Both the position numbers and the translations under genes were made by a program. A DNA stretch of 48,651 bases from Thermoplasmata archaeon (GTDB lineage: Archaea; Thermoplasmatota; Thermoplasmata; Thermoplasmatales; GCA-001856825), in the NCBI GenBank assembly GCA_021827945.1, contig JAKATW010000138.1, positions 1-48,651 of the forward strand. The letters are read 5' to 3'. The notes below the pieces were generated by a model that was given only the letters and a program-made list of their open reading frames with translations, did no database searches and was not told the DNA's origin. Shown here piece by piece: positions 44,054 to 48,651 of the stretch. Every line of letters begins with the position of its first letter. The stretch's first letter is position 1.

Positions 44054-46471
44054 ATGATCGACCAGGAGTTCAAGCCTTTCACGCTTACTGGTTATGAAAC
44101 GAAAATGGAACGGGAGAAGCAGTTCAACCTGAAGAGGACCGTGATTGACATAAAGATAAACTTTGAAGAAAGGGCGATAGAGGGAAAGGTCGAACTGGAT
44201 CTGAAAATGAACAGTCTTCCCCAGGACCATCTTGATATAGATGCAACAGACATGGAGATCTACAATGTATCGGTCCGTGGAACTCCCTCAAATTTTGATA
44301 CCTTCCAGGATAACATAGTAGTTTACGGAGACTTCAAGGCATTCTCTGATTACATCATCACAATCACCTACAAGTCTTATCCAAAGAGAGGAGGTTATTT
44401 TGTTGAGGACGAAGGAGGAATGCAGTTCTGGACGCATGGAGAAAGCACTGACAATCACGCATGGTTCCCGTGCTTTGATTATCCGAACACAAGGAGCTCC
44501 TACGAGATGAGAGTGACAGTACCGAATGACTATGTAGTGATAAGCAATGGCCGACTCTCGGACAGAATTGAAGGTGACTTTTCCACATTCGTTTTCAAGG
44601 AAGAATTCAGGTTCCCTGCCTATCTTGTCAGCGTAATCGCTGGAAAATTTAAATCGTTCAAGCAGGAATGGGATGGGATACCGATCACATCTTATTTCCT
44701 TCCAAAGTTCGAGGAGAGGGCAGAGAGGTCTTTCAGGAACTCACCGGAAATTATGGAGTTCATAAGCCAGAAAACCGGTGTCAGATACCCATATTCCAAA
44801 TACGATCAGACCTGCGTTTCTTTATTCGTGATGGGAGGAATGGAGAACATCAATGCGACGACACTTACGGATCGCACTCTGCATGACGAGATTGCTCATA
44901 TGGACTATCAGTCAGAGCCATTGGTGTGTCATGAGATGGCACACCAGTGGTTTGGTGATTATGTGACGTGCAGAGACTGGTCTCAAGCGTGGTTGAACGA
45001 GGGATTTGCCACTTACATTGCTTTGATTTACATGGAGAAGCTCAAGGGAAGGGACGAGTTTTTGGTAGACGTGGAGAACTCAAGGGAGATCTACCTGAAG
45101 GAATTTTCTGAAAACTACGGAAGACCTATAGTGGAGCGCAGGTACAAGGAGCCGGAAGAACTGTTTGACAGACACCTTTATCAGAAGGCATCCCTATTCC
45201 TAAGATATCTGAATTACTACCTTGGGGACAAGGTATTCTGGAACGGAATAAAGGAGTACCTGGAGGCCAACAAGATGAATGGTGTTTCCACGGAGGATTT
45301 CAGGAAAGCTCTCTCCAACGTTTCGGGATTCTCACTTGAAGCGTTATACCATCAATTCCTGGATGAGCCAGGACACCCGGAATTCAGGGTAGAAGAGGTC
45401 GCATCAAGGGGTAAGGTAGAGATAAGGATCACCCAAACAGGACGGAATTTCCAGGTAAGAATACCGGCAAGGGTATATTACGCAGACAGGAAGGACAATA
45501 TTGAGGTGACCCTTGAAGGGAAAATCACTCAGCTGGAATTCGAAAAGAAAGGTTTCAGAGGCTTCTCTCTGGATCCAGAGAGCAAAGTTCTCTGCACCAT
45601 TTCGACTGTCAGATCAAAGGAAAATTCGAGATTTCTTTTACGTAACGGGGAGAGTATCGTCGAAAGGGGTAGGGCAGCAACTGAACTTGGAAAGTTCGGT
45701 GTCTCAGAGATTTATTTCCTGTTGGAATCATTTGAACTGGAGAGATTCTGGTACGTGAAGGGCAAGATCGCAGAAGCTGTCTCGAAGATAGGAGGAAAAA
45801 AGAGTTCGAGTGCGATCCAGGAAATGCTTGGAGACTCTGATTACAGGACAAGAAGAGAAGTGGTCAAACACGCTTCGAATCTTAACGACAAAGACCTGCT
45901 CGTCAAACTGAAGGAGATGTTTGAAAAGGAGCAGGGATATCGGTTGAGAGCCAACATCATTTCGAGCGCACAACGAATTGGCAAAGAGGAGTCTAAAGAG
46001 CTGTTACTGAAGGGACTTGAAACTGATTCTTACGATAACATCGTCAGAATCGCTTCACTGACCGCACTTGGAGAACAAGCAGATCTATCGACACTCGATG
46101 CCGTAAAGAAATTCTTCAAGAAGGAGTACGACCCTCAAACGCGATCCGCAGCAATTGCTTCAATCGCAAAGTTCTACTGGACAGACCGTTCTGTTGCGAA
46201 CATTTTGATAGGGGGACTGGAAGATGAATCCTTCATGGTGAGAAAGAGCACAGCGAACGGAATCAGAGACATTGGGGATTTTGAACTGACATCCAGAATT
46301 TCACCTTATCTGGAAAGGGAAGAGCAGGCACCGGTAAAGAGGTCGATGAGAGAAGCACTTGAATCAAAGGGAATTTCCATCCCGCAGGATTTCAAGTCGA
46401 TAAAGGATGAGCTAGATAGGTTGAAGGACAGAGTGACTACCCTCGAGGCAAAGAAGATTGTAAAAAAATGA
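44054..46471 (+). CDS. M1-family zinc aminopeptidase with a C-terminal HEAT-like domain (tricorn-interacting factor F2/F3-like)
   Basis: It has the GGMEN exopeptidase motif, HEMAHQWFGD (H-E-x-x-H) and WLNEGFATY. The product is 805 aa with a helical-repeat C-terminus. Confidence 0.9.
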   Translation: MIDQEFKPFTLTGYETKMEREKQFNLKRTVIDIKINFEERAIEGKVELDLKMNSLPQDHLDIDATDMEIYNVSVRGTPSNFDTFQDNIVVYGDFKAFSDYIITITYKSYPKRGGYFVEDEGGMQFWTHGESTDNHAWFPCFDYPNTRSSYEMRVTVPNDYVVISNGRLSDRIEGDFSTFVFKEEFRFPAYLVSVIAGKFKSFKQEWDGIPITSYFLPKFEERAERSFRNSPEIMEFISQKTGVRYPYSKYDQTCVSLFVMGGMENINATTLTDRTLHDEIAHMDYQSEPLVCHEMAHQWFGDYVTCRDWSQAWLNEGFATYIALIYMEKLKGRDEFLVDVENSREIYLKEFSENYGRPIVERRYKEPEELFDRHLYQKASLFLRYLNYYLGDKVFWNGIKEYLEANKMNGVSTEDFRKALSNVSGFSLEALYHQFLDEPGHPEFRVEEVASRGKVEIRITQTGRNFQVRIPARVYYADRKDNIEVTLEGKITQLEFEKKGFRGFSLDPESKVLCTISTVRSKENSRFLLRNGESIVERGRAATELGKFGVSEIYFLLESFELERFWYVKGKIAEAVSKIGGKKSSSAIQEMLGDSDYRTRREVVKHASNLNDKDLLVKLKEMFEKEQGYRLRANIISSAQRIGKEESKELLLKGLETDSYDNIVRIASLTALGEQADLSTLDAVKKFFKKEYDPQTRSAAIASIAKFYWTDRSVANILIGGLEDESFMVRKSTANGIRDIGDFELTSRISPYLEREEQAPVKRSMREALESKGISIPQDFKSIKDELDRLKDRVTTLEAKKIVKK

Positions 46472-46540
46472 GGATCCCCTGAGCCGCGAGCGGCCTCTTT
46501 CCACCTTCCATCAGGATCGATGAAATATTCTGCTTGAGTA

Positions 46541-46840
46541 GTGAATTCTATAGGGAATACATATCATCAATACTCAATCATACTCTATTTGGGACCCGGT
46601 AAGGTAACGGAATTGGACCCGCCAAATCTCCTTGGATTTGATTGGGATGAGACGTGGCACGTGACTTTCAGGTTGAAAAGCCTCGGCGATGCAAAGACTG
46701 ACTTCACTCTAATCCACTCAGGGTGGCCAGAAGGGAAGAAGAACAGATTTGGCATTGCCTATTCAGTAGTCAGGGAAATAATGAATGAAGGATGGGAAAA
46801 AACCGTCCTTGTAAGGCTCACCAAATACATAGATGGGTGA
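46541..46840 (+). pseudogene. N-terminally truncated SRPBCC/AHSA1-like protein
   Basis: GKVTELDPPNLLGFDW...TDFTLIHSGWPEG...EGWEKTVLVRLTKYI matches the C-terminal two thirds of AHSA1/START-like proteins. The expected ~40-50 N-terminal residues are missing. The frame is closed by a stop at 46535-46537, just after the aminopeptidase gene. Confidence 0.5.
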
Positions 46841-46841
46841 G

Positions 46842-47176
46842 ATGACAAGTAGCCCTTCGACTCCCGTGTATTCTTTGGAATCGCAGACCTGACGAGGAGG
46901 TCTAGTCTGACCATTCTTGTCGAAAAGGAGCTCCCTATAGTAGCAATAAGCAGGCACTTCTCTCTAAGCAGAACTGCGATCAATAAACACCTCAAGATAT
47001 TGTATGATTCCAATCTTGTCATGAAGAGGAAAGATAGGAGGGAAACTCTGTACAGACTGAATCCAGGCAAACTCGTCGACCTAAAGGATTGGCTGGGTTA
47101 CTTCGATGAGTATTGGGATCTCAGACTGACGAAACTGAAGCGACTCACGGAATCTGAGGATCTCCACCAGGAGTGA
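46842..47176 (+). pseudogene. ArsR/SmtB-family wHTH regulator with a frameshift after the start codon
   Basis: Own translation of the frame starting at 46853: PFDSRVFFGIADLTRRSSLTILVEKELPIVAISRHFSLSRTAINKHLKILYDSNLVMKRKDRRETLYRLNPGKLVDLKDWLGYFDEYWDLRLTKLKRL. This is the classical ArsR pattern. The only nearby ATG (46842) is in a different frame and runs into a stop after 16 codons. Confidence 0.6.
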
Positions 47177-47199
47177 ATACTCATTAAGGAAAGGATGGA

Positions 47200-47220
47200 G
47201 AAATAAAAAAAATAAAAGGG
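47200..47220 (-). terminator. Oligo-T tract downstream of the 454-aa membrane protein gene
   Basis: The minus strand reads cccttttattttttttattt. It begins about 20 nt after the stop at 47238. Confidence 0.3.
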
Positions 47221-47237
47221 AGAAGAAATATTTAGAA

Positions 47238-48602
47238 TCAGGTGACTGGCAGGTTCTTGGGTGTCTTTTGTCTGAGGACTGGAACGATAACCGCAGCGAA
47301 AGATAGGAAGAGGATCCAGAGTCCGATCGCTTCTACATACCAGGAAAGGTCCATCACATAAATTTGCAACCCGATAAATCCGATTATTATTCCTGATATT
47401 CCAATGTATGCAGGCAACCTCAAACTCTTTTCTGCCTCTTTTCCGTAGTAATAGAGAACCGCGAAGAACGTTGCTGCTATTATCAGCATCAGGAATATGT
47501 ACAGAAGGTGTCCGTCAGAAAACGCCTGGTCGTACAGTGCCCCTGCCCCTTGTGTTGGATCGCCGAAACCATAGTAGACTTCGTTGAACTCAATCAGATA
47601 CCCAATTCCAAGCATTGCAGCCATCGCTCCAACCCAGGTTCCCATCGCAGCTATTTGAGTGTATTTTCCTCCCTTCGAAGAATCGAGAGTTTTGACAAGT
47701 CCGATTACGGCAATCATCGCACCTATTCCAACCAGTCCGGTCTGAGTATCATCAAGCGCGAGTCCATTTATACCACCAGAATTTGTGAAAACAGCAGGAA
47801 TTACCCAGGTCCCAAAAGTGGAAATCCAGTACATGGACAGCATGGAGATCACACCGATCGTGGCTACAACCATACCGATGTTTACTATCTGTCTGTACCC
47901 ATTGGATAGCTTTTGGTATCCGAATATTACTGCGGTAAGACCGACAATTCCTCCCATTATAGCAGGCGGAATTGCGTGCGAGTGCATGGTCCATGCGTTC
48001 CCTAGAAATGTGGATGTTCCGCCGATCGAGTTTACGTAATTCTGGAAGAATGGAATCAGCGAATATCCGTTGTTCATGTTCCCCCACTCAAGCACCATTC
48101 CCATAATCCCTGCAATTGAAGCAGCTACAGCAGCAATCAAAACGACCACGTAAGCGCCCCAGATGCTCTTTGCTTCCTTTCTATTCTTGAAGGGATAGAT
48201 CAGGAGCCCGATTACTAGCAATAATGCTGCAAGAACAACTATGACATCCCTTATCCCCTGCGCCACTTCATCTGCAAGTACAATACTTGAAGCAGTTGGA
48301 TAGAATAGAACTAAACCGATCACAGAGAATAGGAGTACTGGATATGTAGCAAGGTTAACAAGTTTCTGAATTACGTTTGGAAGCTTAAAGACCCTAGCAG
48401 TTACGATGATTACTAACAGCGCAAGTGGAATCATGATAGTGTGGTAGAAATTAACCACATCTAGCGTGAAATCTCCTAACCTGAACCATGTGATCCCCGG
48501 AAAAAGCGGGCTTATCAGAAGCATTAGAACCACATAGATCATAATAGCTACCGCATTTTTTTTGGTGTCGAACAGTATAGATTTTAGTCGACTTTCGCTC
48601 AT
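47238..48602 (-). CDS. Polytopic membrane protein (~12-13 TM), unknown function
   Basis: 454 aa, hydrophobic throughout. It has a His-containing segment, NAWTMHSHAIPPAIMGG. I recognise no family. Confidence 0.65.
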   Translation of the reverse strand: MSESRLKSILFDTKKNAVAIMIYVVLMLLISPLFPGITWFRLGDFTLDVVNFYHTIMIPLALLVIIVTARVFKLPNVIQKLVNLATYPVLLFSVIGLVLFYPTASSIVLADEVAQGIRDVIVVLAALLLVIGLLIYPFKNRKEAKSIWGAYVVVLIAAVAASIAGIMGMVLEWGNMNNGYSLIPFFQNYVNSIGGTSTFLGNAWTMHSHAIPPAIMGGIVGLTAVIFGYQKLSNGYRQIVNIGMVVATIGVISMLSMYWISTFGTWVIPAVFTNSGGINGLALDDTQTGLVGIGAMIAVIGLVKTLDSSKGGKYTQIAAMGTWVGAMAAMLGIGYLIEFNEVYYGFGDPTQGAGALYDQAFSDGHLLYIFLMLIIAATFFAVLYYYGKEAEKSLRLPAYIGISGIIIGFIGLQIYVMDLSWYVEAIGLWILFLSFAAVIVPVLRQKTPKNLPVT

Positions 48603-48651
48603 TTAAGTCACTCTCAATTATCTCTTCGCATAATAAAAGTTTTAGCCTCAC

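Noticed and set aside
48451-48651. 66-aa minus-strand ORF at the window end
   Set aside because: It overlaps the N-terminus of the 454-aa membrane protein gene in another frame and starts on the last bases of the window. It is probably spurious.
1-48651. rRNA, tRNA, IS transposase, cas genes
   Set aside because: I scanned the intergenic regions by eye for tRNA-like acceptor and T-arm patterns and for transposase or Cas motifs in the ORF set. None could be supported. A tRNAscan or covariance-model run would be needed for certainty.

Overview
48.6-kb archaeal chromosome segment. It is probably from a Thermoplasmata-like euryarchaeon. I infer this from an archaeal-type SAM synthetase, a Zn-finger RPA, a tricorn-factor-like M1 aminopeptidase, a MOFRL glycerate kinase and a DUF2070-type membrane protein. 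No rRNA or tRNA is present to confirm it. The window has two parts. (1) Bases 1 to ~11.4 kb form a visibly AT-richer accessory block. It holds a short tyrosine recombinase (4100-4675), a decayed second copy of the same recombinase (467-790) and four orphan cargo ORFs between them. It also holds a 767-aa Arch_ATPase-wHTH-TPR (STAND/NLR-like) protein and about 1 kb of non-coding or decayed DNA with a palindromic 29-32 nt repeat. Further on are several small ORFs missing from the supplied track, a DUF302 gene plus its pseudogenised paralog, a CPT-like P-loop kinase and a small wHTH regulator. (2) Bases ~11.4-48.6 kb are densely packed housekeeping genes: class V aminotransferase, tag, Dph6-like ATP pyrophosphatase, two amidohydrolases, glycerate kinase, an RPA pair, purH, metK, a GNAT, scpA-smc and topA. 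This part also contains a radical-SAM/GT4/flippase-like/DUF2070 membrane block and a self-contained heme locus. The heme locus reads [AhbD/NirJ-like radical SAM-SPASM]-[HemJ/CopD-like 4-TM protein]-hemL-hemC-hemD-hemA-hemB on the minus strand, divergent from hemE-hemH. The most interesting observation is that this locus combines classical hemE/hemH with an alternative-pathway-type radical SAM and a candidate membrane oxidase. No hemN/F/Y/G/Q or siroheme-branch genes are in view. In addition, hemE carries one in-frame TGA, and hemL has no ATG/GTG/TTG start (it has a CTGA stop-start overlap instead). I could not support any CRISPR array, cas gene, IS transposase, rRNA or tRNA. All family assignments come from motif recognition by eye and none has been verified by a database search.
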